Assembly: GCA_029953675.1 (NCBI GenBank)
Contig: JAMWBK010000011.1
Span: forward strand, 1,378,051-1,442,050
Source: Rhodosorus marinus CCMP1338
Taxonomy: Eukaryota > Plantae > Rhodophyta
Direction of reading: 5' to 3'
DNA length: 64,000 nucleotides
Below are positions 36,251-48,400 of this stretch, in pieces. A model generated the notes under the pieces. It ran no database searches, was not told the DNA's origin, and saw only the letters and a program-made list of their open reading frames with translations. The translations under genes and the position numbers were made by a program. Position 1 is the first letter of the stretch, and every line of letters begins with the position of its first letter.

Positions 36251-36605
36251 ATAATTCCTACTTTTCAATCAGGTAGAAAATTCGAACGTTGACAGGAGCG
36301 GTCGGGTTGTTTGAAATTGATTTTTATAGTACGCGAAAGTCGCAGTGCGGATGCTGGAAGAGGGAAGGGTGGGGGAGGGGAACAAAACTATTGGGAATAC
36401 ATTGCACTTCCGAGTGGAAAAGGATGAGGTGTGCTCTATGAATCGGTACGACGCAGGGCGGTTGCTTTGTGGGTACGGGCTTCATTTTGAGTTGGATGGT
36501 TTTTGCTGCTGAGTATGAAAAATTCAAATTCAAAGTCACCGGCGTTACGCTAGAACCAGCGATTTGGACAAAGTCGAGAAGTAAGAGAATTGTACTGGCT
36601 AGTGT

Positions 36606-36664
36606 TGCGTAGCGCTTCAGGCTATGCTAGTAAAGTCCTATGCTAGTAAAGTCCAGTAAAGTCC
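36606..36664 (+). mobile_element. C-group 3'-end mini-insertion with a reiterated tail and 5-bp TSD
   Basis: AGTGT at 36601-36605 and 36665-36669; tail is GCTAGTAAAGTCC-TATGCTAGTAAAGTCC-AGTAAAGTCC. Confidence 0.8.
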
Positions 36665-36667
36665 AGT

Positions 36668-38455
36668 GTAACCGTAAGCTTTACTGGGCAGCTGCGTACT
36701 GCAGCGCAACACTACGTCTAATCCTATCTAGGGAGAAACTTACTGGAATCCCGCTACCGGGGTCTCATGCTACGTTCAAAAAAAAAAACAGGCACCAGCG
36801 GATTCTCCAACTGGTCCACGCGCAAAGCGCCTAGCGCTATCTCTGCGTTACCTCGCCATAGTTGCCGGTTTATCTGGGATCTCACGTCTCTCAGCTCCTC
36901 ACTCCTGTGTAGCAGGTGTTTGCAGCTGTCGCGGAGGAACTCTTGTGCCATTTGCCCCGTACGCCCAAACGTCTCTATCGCTATCGGGATGAACTTGTCA
37001 TCCGGTTTCTCGATCACCATCGCTTCCTGGTAGTGAGCGATTTTCCACTTCTCCGCAGCTCTCGCCGCGTATCCGCTATCATCTTGGCTCCGCCGCAAAT
37101 ATTTTCCCTGTAATGGTGACACCACCGTCATATCCAGCGCATACCTTTGTTTGGTCCTCGGATGCCTCGCAACGATATCAGGTCGCAGTCCGTAGTTCTC
37201 GAAGTACCCCTCAGGTGCTTGCTCTACGTCCATGAAGTTCCATCGCCTCAGCCACCGTGCCAGCTCTCTGCAGATTTCGTCGTGTCTACGTTGCCACAGT
37301 CCAGTTGATGTTGGGCCGTGATGAAACCGTTGTACCCCAGTCCTTCCGTGTTTACTCTGGCAACTAGTGCACTTCTCGGTGGTCCGTAATCCCGGAATTG
37401 GCAGCCCCAGCAGTTGTCGAACGTTTACCTGCATCTCAACCGCACTCATTTTTTTCGGTGTCAGCGTTGGTATTTCACGCAGCCAGACTCCCGACCCGGA
37501 TCCCGCGGCGGACCGTATTCGAGCTCGGTTTTCAGGGGAGATTTGTGGGTTGGTGACCAACCTTTGGAATGCACAATGGTGTGCCTCTCGAGAGAGGGTT
37601 TGTTGTATTGAACCATTATTCCAAGCTGCAGTCTCGCCCGGTGCGCTTTGAAGAGATGTTTCGCGCGGTTGTTGCAGGGTAGTCAGTGCCAAGATCCGCG
37701 GCGGGGTTTCTGGTCCGAGCCTCCGTTGTATTGCTCGCGACGATGCACAGATCTGGTCCGCCAGCTGTGAAGTCGACCATCGTTGCTCCATCGGCTCGTA
37801 TGTGTCTGGTGAGCGTTCTGCCGAAACCTCCCGCTCTAGTTCAGTCAAGTATGGCCATTCATCTTCATTGTTCCGGAAGGTGTTTCTCCATGACGAGTAA
37901 AACGCGATGGGTTGGACGCGCTTTCGAGTAGCGAAACCCAACCCCCCCCAGCGGCAGAAAAGAGCGATTTGGTCCGAGATCAGCTCTGCGTACTCGTCGT
38001 CCTCTACAGTTGTCGTAGCGAGGCCTCCGAATAGAATTTCCAGATGATATCTGGTCATCACATCCGCCTCGCGTGCCAGAGTTCTTCCAAACTCGTATGC
38101 GAGGCGTCGTAGAACATTGTCTAGCCGAGTTTCCGCACAGAACCTGAAGAGGGCAATTTGTGTCGTAAGCTCCGGTTGTGGTAGCTTGGCAATTTCCTCA
38201 AAGAGTTTCTCATGCTTATTTTGCAGCCCCCGGCACTCCTGTTCGATGTATTCTCGGCTGCCTATCGGTATCGAGTGGATGGTGACTCCGTCTCTGGTCA
38301 CTTGGACTCCAGGAATCTCATGGTTGACCACTCGCGTGGTAGTCAGTGTTCGCCCGTACACAGTGCACTTGCCGAGTTGCAGGCGGCAATTTGCGTCATA
38401 AGTTCCGGTTGTGGGAGCTTGGCAATTTCCTCAAAGAGTTTCTCATGCTTATTTG
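36668..38455 (-). mobile_element. 5'-truncated T2 element; open C-terminal half of ORF2 at 36754..38361
   Basis: Thumb, zinc-knuckle and RLE motifs; 3' end GCTTACGGTTAC with no telomere tract. Confidence 0.9.
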
Positions 38456-38456
38456 G

Positions 38457-39605
38457 ACTTTACTAGCATAGGCTGAAGCGCTACGCAAGGCGTGAAGATG
38501 AACTAATAACTAGGGAGGGAAGCATGCAACCCCAGGCGCCGATGGCGCGCCTCGGAAAGCATGTCGCTGGAATATCGCCAAAGGGAGACACTTAAACGCC
38601 TCAAGAGCGCCAAATATTCAGTAGGATGCTCAGCAAAACATTTCCGCAACCACTCTAAACCCGACTTATCGACGTGACCAAAGCTTTCCACAATGAATGG
38701 CTGGAACCGGTGAGAACGACCCTCAGCGCAAGGCAGACTGGCCATGCTCTCAGCATACCGTCGTTCCTTAACTCTTCGAAGGGCTGAAGCCGCGGCGCCC
38801 CGGCGGCGGGCGGCTACGGTGAGGTGGGCGCTGGCCACGGGGCAGGTAATCGCAAGGTCCACATATGTTGAGCGTCTGGCAGCAGCGTCGGAGACGAGGA
38901 GATCGGCTATACAACGGGGCGGTGCAGAGTCCGAGATTGATCTGGGCAGTTCCGACTCAACCTCAACCGTATGCCCTATCCGAGTCAAAAATTCGCTGGG
39001 GATGTACTTGAGGCGAGTGTGACGCCTCGTTCGGAGACCTCTCAACATTCCGCAAGAACCCAGGAAGTGGTAGCCACAAGCGTCAATCCAGCTCTCACAT
39101 CCCTGACAGAAAGACGGCCGATTAGAGTGCCACGGAGCCTGTGGCAAACCGAGATAGATCCGTGCGGCAGAACGGAACTGGAAAGCATCGAGACGATGAC
39201 TCAATGACGACGGTAGAGTGGTTAACCACAAGTGCGAGAGGTGGCCTCCCATGCCGCGGAGACGAGCGGCAGTGGTAGGCGGCGTGAGAGGAGAATTGAG
39301 CATGACTGTGTGAGCGGCACTGTGTTGGCCCCAGGTGAGGCTATGTTGAATCACATCAGTGCGGGAGCTCCACAATCGGCTCAAACCCGGGTAGTCTGCA
39401 ACAGGTGACCCGGGGCTAGCCTCTACGTCATCGGCAAGAACTCGGTCGAGGGGAGAATCCTCAATCGCTTCAGCTCGTCTCCATAACAGCTCCCTCGAGG
39501 AACGAAAACGGGACCGATTTGCGTCCGGCACGGCGTTGCACCTCCTGAACGCGTGTTGAAGACCATCATTAATTGTCAAAAGCGGGGGCGGCAGGTGGCG
39601 ATCCC
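38457..39605 (-). mobile_element. 5'-truncated C-group element (open 358-aa C-terminus at 38503..39579)
   Basis: CQGC..H..C, RTRRH, IADL..YVDL and FQPFIVESFG motifs; 3' UTR ends AGTAAAGTCC. Confidence 0.9.
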
Positions 39606-39614
39606 GCCTTTACT

Positions 39615-39672
39615 GGACTCTACTAGCATAGCCTGAAGCGCTACGCAAGGCGTGAAGATGAACTAATAACTG
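39615..39672 (-). mobile_element. C-group 3' UTR mini-fragment
   Basis: GGACTCTACTAGCATAGCCTGAAGCGCTACGCAAGGCGTGAAGATGAACTAATAAC. Confidence 0.8.
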
Positions 39673-40479
39673 AACATCGTCTTAAGGCTCCCAGCCTTGC
39701 TCCATACGCTCAGAACATGTCTCTGGGTTTACCGTAGCGGTAGCCTCATTGGACTCTGGCCGCGGCGTGGGAAAATCTGTCACAGCCCACCTCGCGTCTA
39801 CTCATAACAGCTGCCGAACGCTCGACGGTTCAGCCGAGAAGCGATCTTTCAGCCACTCGGAGTGAACAGGACGTTTTCGACAACAGCAAAAGATGTTTAT
39901 CCACATATGCTTCCCCATCACATTGCCCTTTCCAAATGTTCAAGGAATCCTCAAGTTCGGAATTCAGGAGCCGTTACAAGGCCGTCATCCGAAGGCCGAG
40001 GTACGGACCTTCACGTTAGCTGGGCTTCGATGCGGTAGATGTATTCTTCGTAGTGACACATAGAAGCCGGTCGTTGTGCCTCATCGCATGAGGCAGCTCT
40101 CAAAAGATTGTCGTCAATACTCAATGAGAGGAGGCTCCTCATTGCGATACGATCGCTTCTGGCGCAAAAAACCTACGGTTTTTTTTTAATCTCTTGCATT
40201 TGCTTCTGAGTTTGCACGGACCAGTTCTTCACCTTCGTGGCCTTCGATTTCGCTGCGAGGTACCCATTATCGGTCGCCCGGGGTCGCCTTTACGGAGCGT
40301 GCTGGACGCTTCCTCTCGTCCGCGGTATGAAGCGACCGCTGCGATAGGTCGACGGAAGCAGGGGCGTTGACTAACGTAGAGAGAACGCACGTTCCGCGGC
40401 TTTGGATCAGTCCTTTGTCCCCACGCGATTGAAAACCTGTGGTTCTTATGATGACATCATCAGGGCTATCAGGCTCCGA

Positions 40480-43400
40480 GCCGGCTCTGGATGTATAGAT
40501 ACAGTTTTTGGTTTCGTGAGGGTGTATGGTGCTGGCTTTTGGTAGTTTTGAGTCGCAATTGTGTTCTTCGGTGGGAGGCGCTTCTTTCTGCAGCCTTTCC
40601 CCCGCATCTTCTAGTGGTGTGGTGCGTGCTGGGGGTTGCTAGCGCCCCTTGGAGGTCGTGGTGGTTTTTGTTTGGTTGCAAACGTTGGGAACAAGTTCTC
40701 TTTTTGGGGGTTTCGTGGGGGAATCGGTTTTTCACACCTTCCAATCGTTATGGTTGGGGTTTCCCCACCCATTCCGGCGGACGGAGCCGTTCTCTCAGCG
40801 CGCGTGGAGCTCTGCGTGGGCGGGTTTAGTACCGCGGCCACCCTCACGGACTGCGCTGACGAGTTAGCCCATGGGATCTGCTCGAAACTGACGAGTCTTC
40901 TTGTGACTGCTTCCCAGGAACACCGCCTGCCCCTGCTGATCGCCTATTTGGAGCGCTTCTCCGCCTCCGCGCCTGCCCCATACCCCCGGTGCCCGTCCCC
41001 GCGGATCCGCACGGTACAGCGGGGCCTGCCTCCACCCGACCCGAGCGCTCCGCTCCGGTCATTCCTGATTCCGACTGGCCTACCCCTATTCAAGGACAGA
41101 CGCCTCCTGGGCCCGCGTCGGGCCCGAATCCTGCTCCCTCCAGTGCCCCACGTGCGACCTATTCGCAGGTCCTACGCAGGGGCTCTTCTGAACAACGCAC
41201 GACGGCAATGGTGCGTATGATGCCACAACACATCCCTATTGACTCTTCTCGCCAACTATCTCCGTTCCACTTTGTTTGGATGACGAACGTGCGTCCCCAG
41301 ACCCCCTCTCGTGGTCGGGGCCGCGCGCCCGTCCACTACCGCGATTTTCGCGACACCATGGCTTCCTCCTTGGGGTCGCCCCGTCTGAATTCCTATATGT
41401 GGACTTCACGGGCCCTCATGCCTGTTTTCTTGTTACTGACTCGGCTTACCAGTTCCTTCAATCCCTTGTAACCACCCCCGCGCCCCAGCGCTCTGCTCTG
41501 GCCAACATGATACTGACTCGTCCTCATGTCTCTTTGTTTGTCGAGTTCGATCGTTTTGACGCCGGCTGGGTTCCTCCGTCGCCCTTGCAAAACCTGGATG
41601 CCTCGCAGGCTTCGGTTGTCGCGCTACACACTCATGCGGCGCGGCTCTCGCGCATACAGGCGAGCCTCTTCGCGCGTTTTCCTCCTCGCGGGGTCCTCCG
41701 CACCGCGCTAGAGGCCTTCCTCTCCACTGAGGCCACCCTGCTGGAAGCCCACCCTGCGTTTGACCTTCTGCCGCCGACTCTTGAGCACCCTTCCTCCCCT
41801 CGCCCTGCCTCCGAGGCTCGTGACACCGACATGGCAGAAGCACCATCGGCCTCTCCGAATCCGCTGGCTCTGGACACCCTCAGTCAAGACTCCGCTGCTG
41901 AAAACCCTGTGTCTACTTTCTTCAGGTCTTTTAGTTCCTTCGTGCGCCCTCCACGTAAGCGTCGTGCGGCTCCTGAGCCTCCCTCCGAGGCACCTCCTCC
42001 GGATATTCGATCTGCCTTCCCGACTGAGGGGAGGCCCGATGTCTGAGTCTTCCTCCTCCGCGTGCGTGTCGTCCCGGTTACCCCTGTTTACCAGTGACCG
42101 CTCAGCCTGGCATGAGCGTGTTCTCTCGTGGTTTTCGCACCTTGTCGCCTCCTACCCGGACGGTTCCTTCCCCTTTGTCGTCAGAGCACGGCCGTACGGC
42201 TCCCTCGTCGACTTCATAAGCCCCTAGGATTGGTGTTGGATTTTCTCTGGCAGCAGGTCGCCGCGAACCCTCACTGCTCTCTTCGCTGGGAACTCTTGTT
42301 CTTTTTTCCCCGCCTCGTGCTCACCTCCTCTACCGTCCCCCTCAACCCACATCCTCGCCGGGTCCACCCTCGCCGAAAACTGCAAATGTTCCTTTCCGGC
42401 GACTTTGAGGACCTCGAACGTCTTTATTTCGCTTCTCTCTCTTCCTTTTCTCCTAGTGCTCCCTCAGCTTTTAGGTCTTCTCGACAGAATCGGGCGCGTC
42501 ACGCGGTGGCAGGCGGTGATCTGCGGCGGGCAGCCGGGATCCTCCAGCAGCGGCAACCTGTGGTTCCATACTCCGATGATCTTTCTTCACCGCTCCGTTT
42601 GCTCTTTCCCTCGGAAGGCTCCCCTTGGGACTCCTCGTTTGAATCAGTGTTGGAAGAGTACCGCGCCGCGCCACATCCCAGTGCGCGGTTAGTGGTCAAT
42701 CTGGAGGCGGTGCGTGAGTTGGTTCATGATGCTCCGAAGGGCCGTTCCCCAGGGCCCTCGGGGCTGCGGGTGGAATATCTCCGTTTCTTAAGTGATGAAG
42801 GTTTGAAGGCGTTGGCGTGGGTGGTCGAAGCGCTTGTGAATGGTGATCCCCTGTGTGAGTGTGCGTGGTTCTTGGTCGGGCGTTTTCAGTTGTGTCTGCT
42901 TTCGAAGCCCGGCCACACGGCCTCGAGCCCTGCTATTCGCCCTATTGGCCTGGTTGAGGTGGTCCGCAAATTGGCGGCGCGATGGTTAGTGAAAATCTTG
43001 GTTCCCGAATCCCGCCGTTTCTTTGGGCACGTGCAGTTAGGCGTGGGCTATCGTGGTGGCTGTGAGTTGTTGTCTGTTTTACTCCGTTCGGAAATGGCGT
43101 ACTCCCCAGATTCTGGGCTCCTCTCTGTAGATTTTACCAATGCGTTCAACCGCGTCTCTCGTCCGGCTCTCATGCCCGTGGTGCGCGAAGTCTTCCCTGT
43201 AGGCTTTCCCTTTGTTAGTAGACTTTATTCTCCGCTTGGTCGTGGGGCTACCTATGACACCCTTGGCGCTTCCTCACACACGTTTGCGGCGCGCACAGGG
43301 GTACAACAGGGTGATCCCTTGTCCCCTTTCCTACATGCCTGTGGACTACAACTCGTCTTGCTTTGTCTTCGCTCCGAATTCCCGCAGGTTCGTACGGTTG

Positions 43401-45241
43401 CATACCACGACGACGTGTGCCTCCTGGGGCCCCCTGATACTCTAGCACTCGCTTATGATCGTCTCCGCTCCTTGGCTTCGCGGGTTGACCTGGAGGTTAA
43501 TCATCACAAATCGTTCTACTGGGGAGGTGTAGCTGCACAAGAGCAGCAGGTACCTGCGTCGTTCCAGGATATTTGGAGACCGGATGGTTTTGTCCACTTA
43601 GGCATCCCCTACGGGTCGCCGTCCTTCGTTGAAGGCGAGTTGCTGCAGCTCCTCGGTAAGCACAGACAGCTGGTTGCAGAGCTTCGACGGCTACCTCCGG
43701 GCTTTCTCCAGTGCTCGTTGTTGCTGTTTCGGTATTGTTGCAGTCAGCGGTTAACCTATTGGCTTCGCTCACTTCCAACTCATTGGGGCCGGTGGTTGGC
43801 CACTCGTGCGGATGCTGAAAGTTTCCGTGACCTGGGATATTTTCTCGATGAAGAGCTGAGCGCTCTGCCGCGACCCACCTGTGATGTTGTGCGCGCCCAG
43901 GTAGGCCTCCCATTGCGATTGGGGGGACTGGGCCTCTGCAATCGTGTTGTGGTCCAACCTGCAGCCGCAGTAGGGGCCTGGGGAACCGCACTTCCCACTT
44001 TGAGCAGCTTGGGTATCTCGAAGTTCCGCAATTTGATGGCGAGCCTCTCGCGGGGTGTCTTGCTTCCCAGCGTACCGGAAAGCGCCCAAGACTTGTTTCT
44101 GGAGCTCCAAACCGCCCTGAATTCCTGTACTAGTCTCCCCGAAACCGTTCAACCCCGTCTTCCTGACTGGCGAGCTGTATTTGACCGCTCTCGAGGCTCC
44201 GCCCCGGGGATTCGTCCTGCGCCTGAACCTGTTCTAGGGGAGATTGACCCAGTGGTTGCCGCAGAAGAAGAAGTTCCAGTTGATCCTCCTGATGGTTCCC
44301 AGCGCGCTGGGAGCCGAGCTCAAGCACGCACGGATGCGCTGCAAAATATCCTTTCTTGGGACTTGCACCGTGCTGCATATGGCCGACTCCTCGCGCAGAT
44401 GGTCTCATCTTCTCGCGCTCGCGCCCGCCTACGTAGTCTTGGAGGGGTTATTAGCTCTCAGTGGCTCATGACCGTACCAGCCTTTCCGCCACTCACACTG
44501 TCGGATTTCGAAGTGCGTACTTCACTGCGCTTATACCTCGGCTTACATCAGCCCCCTTGGCCGTACGAGATGGGTTCGTCGTGCCCTCTGCTGCTCTCAG
44601 ACTGAAGACAACGCAGATTTTGGCGCCCACCTGCTCGCTAGTTGCCCGGCGGTGAAAGGTGCTCGAACCCGCCGCCACACACGGATCTTGAACCTGTTAT
44701 ACCGGGAACTTCGGCCTATAGTCCGGCAAGCCGGTCTGGAAATCGAACGTGAGAAACCTTTACCCGTCGCGGACTTTCAAAATGATGAACGCCGTGTAGC
44801 CGACCTGGTGATCACCTGTGACGACAGCCGCCGTACCACATACGTTGATCTTGCTGTTCCTAACCCTCAAGCTAGTCGTTATCTCCCGGCTGCGGGGGAG
44901 CGCCGTGGATCTGCCGCCGCCAGCATGAGACGCCGCAAAGAGATCAAATACGCGGGGGCTTTGTCTTCCCCTGGTGTTCGTGCTTCGGCACTAGCACATC
45001 GCTTGGTACCCCTGATCATTGAGTGCTTTGGGTTCATGGACTCTGTTGGTTCTCGCTGGCTTCGGGAGTTGTTCCGCGAACGCCCTGACCGTCTTCAATC
45101 GTTGTTTACCCGCTTAAGTTTCCTGCTGTGGCGCATGAATGCCGCTTTGATGTTGGAGGCGCGAGTACTTCGCCGCGCTTAGTCTTTTTTTCCCCTCGGG
45201 GTTTTTTTTTTCAGCCTCCGATTAAACCATTCGTTCGTTCG
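40480..45241 (+). mobile_element. Near full-length two-ORF D-group CRE-like retrotransposon, frameshifted
   Basis: ORF1 pieces at 40636..42046. ORF2 starts at ATG 42039 and continues through 42128..44605 and 44652..45182, with RT (AYHDD), zinc knuckle and RLE. 3' end is ATTAAACCATTCGTTCGTTCG. Confidence 0.9.
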
Positions 45242-45427
45242 ATTAAAGAGAATATGACTGTTTCCAGGTGGTTGAAACCGCAGAATACTTTCAAATCGAG
45301 TTTACTTCTTCTTTACAATTTTTTTTGTCACTCTAGCCCTCGAACTCTACCTCTCTGGACTTTACTAGCTCTACCTCTCTAGGTACCACACAAACCAGAA
45401 TCCTGCTCCGGAGGATTGGGGCTCTTG

Positions 45428-48400
45428 CTACAGTTCCTGCTGCTTGTAGAGGGAAGCGTAGACTCCGTCTGGAATCGACATGAGATCAGCGTGGTTCCCT
45501 GTTTCGACAATTCTACCCTCTGATACAACGGCAATTGTCTCTGCGTTCACCACCGTGGAGAGGCGGTGGGCGATGACAATGGTGGTTCGGCCCACTGCAG
45601 CTTTGCTCAATGCGCTCTGGACAATTCTCTCGGATTTACTGTCAACAGCACTGGTAGCCTCATCCAGGAGGAGAATAGGCGGCTTGCGTACAACGGCTCG
45701 AGCTATCGCGATGCGTTGTCTCTGGCCGCCACTCAGCTTTGCTCCGTGCGCACCGACCTGGGTGTCGTAGCCATGCGGTAGCTTCATCACAAACTCGTGC
45801 GCGTTCGCGAGCTTCGCAGCTTCGACAATCTCATCCTCTGTTACCACTGTACCTTCGGCCTTGCGCAGCCCATGCGCAATGTTCTCACGCACCGTCGTTG
45901 AGAAAAGTTCAGGCTCCTGCGTCACGAAACCGATGTGGTCACGCATCGACGCGGTGTTCCACGCGGGGAGAGGCTTTCCGTCGATTTTAACCTCACCAGC
46001 AGTTGGATCGTAGAACCGTTCAGCGAGCATCGCCACGGTGCTTTTCCCCGCGCCGCTTGGGCCCACAAGAGCAAGCGTTCTCCCCTTCCCGACTTTCACG
46101 CTGAGTCCCTTCAGCACCGTCTGTTCAGGCCTCGCAGGGTACTGGAACACAACATCGTTCAGCTCCACCTCTCCACGGCATTTTTCCATAATCTCTCCTC
46201 CCTCATCCATCGGATCGATGGCTGATTTCATATCTATCAGTCCGAATACTCTTTTAGCGGCGGACCCGGCTTCCGCAGCTTCTGGAAGCAATGTCATCGA
46301 CATTCCAGCCGCAATAGCTCCGAAGGTCAAAGCTGAGCCTGCCCTCAGCCCTTGTAAAAAGTCACACCAACCCCAGTAGATGACTTTCGACATGAACCAG
46401 GCCGTAACGGCATATATCCCATAAGAGCAGAACTGAGTAAACCCATACGCTAGGCCATTGATCAGCGCCTTTCGTTTTCCAATCTGAGCGGGCAGTTCAA
46501 GTTCGGAATCGTAGTCGTTCAGGAACTTTTCGCCTGCTCCTAGAGCCGTCACGGTCTGAACGCAGTCGACAGCGCTGGTCGCGATCGAGTTGGCGGAGGC
46601 GAGCAATTGCGCGAGTTTCGCCGAAAGGCCCCGCATCAACCTCACTTGAATCACTGGGCCCAACGTCATCACCGGCATACAGGCAAGCACGACAAGGGCG
46701 ATCGACCAGCAACTACTGAAGGCTATGATGATTGAGAAGACCAGGATAGAAGTCATATATACATAGTGCATCTGTCGTTCACCAACCGCACCCCTCAGCT
46801 TAGCCACGTCTGGCCCAAGACGAGACGTAAGACTTCCAGCGCTATTCTCGCGTAGATCAAAAAACCCAACGCTCTGACGAATGACTACCTCAAAAGCCAT
46901 GTTCCTCAACCGTTTCATGAGCCTCTCTCCAGCCACCCCGAAGACATACAAGCCAAGGAAATGTGAAAACAGCATAGCGAAGCCAAGTACAGCGAACATG
47001 ATGGTGTAGAATCGAACCTCGCCCTCATCGTTGGTCGTCAACACCAGTACTCCAATCTCCGCCATGATTAAGCTCCATGCTGGCCATAACAGTCCACCGA
47101 TTAACGCGCAGAATATGCCGATGACGAAGTAGGGCCACTCTGGCTTGTTCAAAGACATCGCTCTACGCAAAGCTCCCTTGCGAGCCACATGTTCATTCTC
47201 TTCCTGATCTTGGTCCATCTCTATGGTAGTGGCATCCATCGTCGATGTCGCCGTCGTCGTCGGCTTGCAGACGGAATCACCACATCCTTGGCTCTCTTCA
47301 GCAGTGTACTCCTGGCGGTCAATGGCCGAACCGACGTCGTCCTGTTCCGCATCACTTTCTGAAGCACTCTTCTGCAACTTCACAAGGTTTGAGTAGATAC
47401 CAGTATCGTTAGCGACGAGCTGCTCGTGAGTTCCCTGTTGTCTAATCATGCCGTCCTCGAACACCACAATCTTGTCGGCGTTTCTGATCGTCGAAAGTCT
47501 GTGCGCTATAACGACCACGGTTCTTCCCTCTCGGACGTTGTCCATCGCCTTCTGCACCAGTCGCTCGGATGTGTTGTCCAGGGCGCTTGTCGCCTCGTCG
47601 AATAGTAAGATCTTCGGGTCTCTACTCAGTGCCCGTGCGATAGCAATGCGCTGCTTTTGTCCTCCAGATAACTGAGCTCCTCTGTCGCCTACGATCGTGT
47701 CGTACCCACAGGGCAATTCCATGATAAAATCGTGCGCATTTGCCGCCTTGGCAGCGGCGATGACCTCCTCCATCGACACATTTTCCTGCCTTACCTGCAG
47801 ACCGCCATCTTCTCCCGTATATACCCCAACTTTTCCACCAAGAGCAATGTTGTCCTTGATCGACATGGCGAAAAGCGTTGGAGTCTGTGACACATAGCCA
47901 ATTTGACCCCTCAACCAAGCCACGTTGAACTGGTCTAATTCTATTCCGTCCAATAAAACCGACCCATCCGTAGGGTCGTAGAACCTCTCCAGGAGGTTCA
48001 TCGTCGTCGTCTTTCCGGACCCACTTTCACCAACTAGGGCCACCGTTGATCCTGCTTCAATCGACAAGTTCAGCCCTTTCAGGGCCAAAGCGTCCGATCG
48101 AGAACGGTACCCGAATTTGACGTCTATAAACTCGATGTTTCCCAGCAGTTCAGCGCCAGCTTTCCCCTCCTGGTTGAACGCATCTATCTCACTCTTCCTC
48201 GAGATGATTTCGAAAACTTTTGGTGCTGCCCCGCGTGCTTCGTTGATGGCATTGATAGCCTGACTTCCGTCTCCGAGTGCCATAGCTCCGATTATCACTG
48301 CAAAAATTACGATGAAAACATCCTGACCGAGGATAGTCCCCCCTCGAACGAGCAAACTTCCATACCAGAAAGCGAGGCCATAGGAGCAAATCAGCGTGCA

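Noticed and set aside
39672-40440. hAT transposase relic (ERSFS-like after a frameshift) and a TAGGGCTG TIR-like motif at 25885
   Set aside because: Only a few residues match, multiple stops are present, and no paired TIR or 8-bp TSD was found.
45128-45382. Repeated small ORF starting MAHECRFDVGG (also at 21971 and within 30324..30587)
   Set aside because: Alternate-frame reading of the D-group 3' end.
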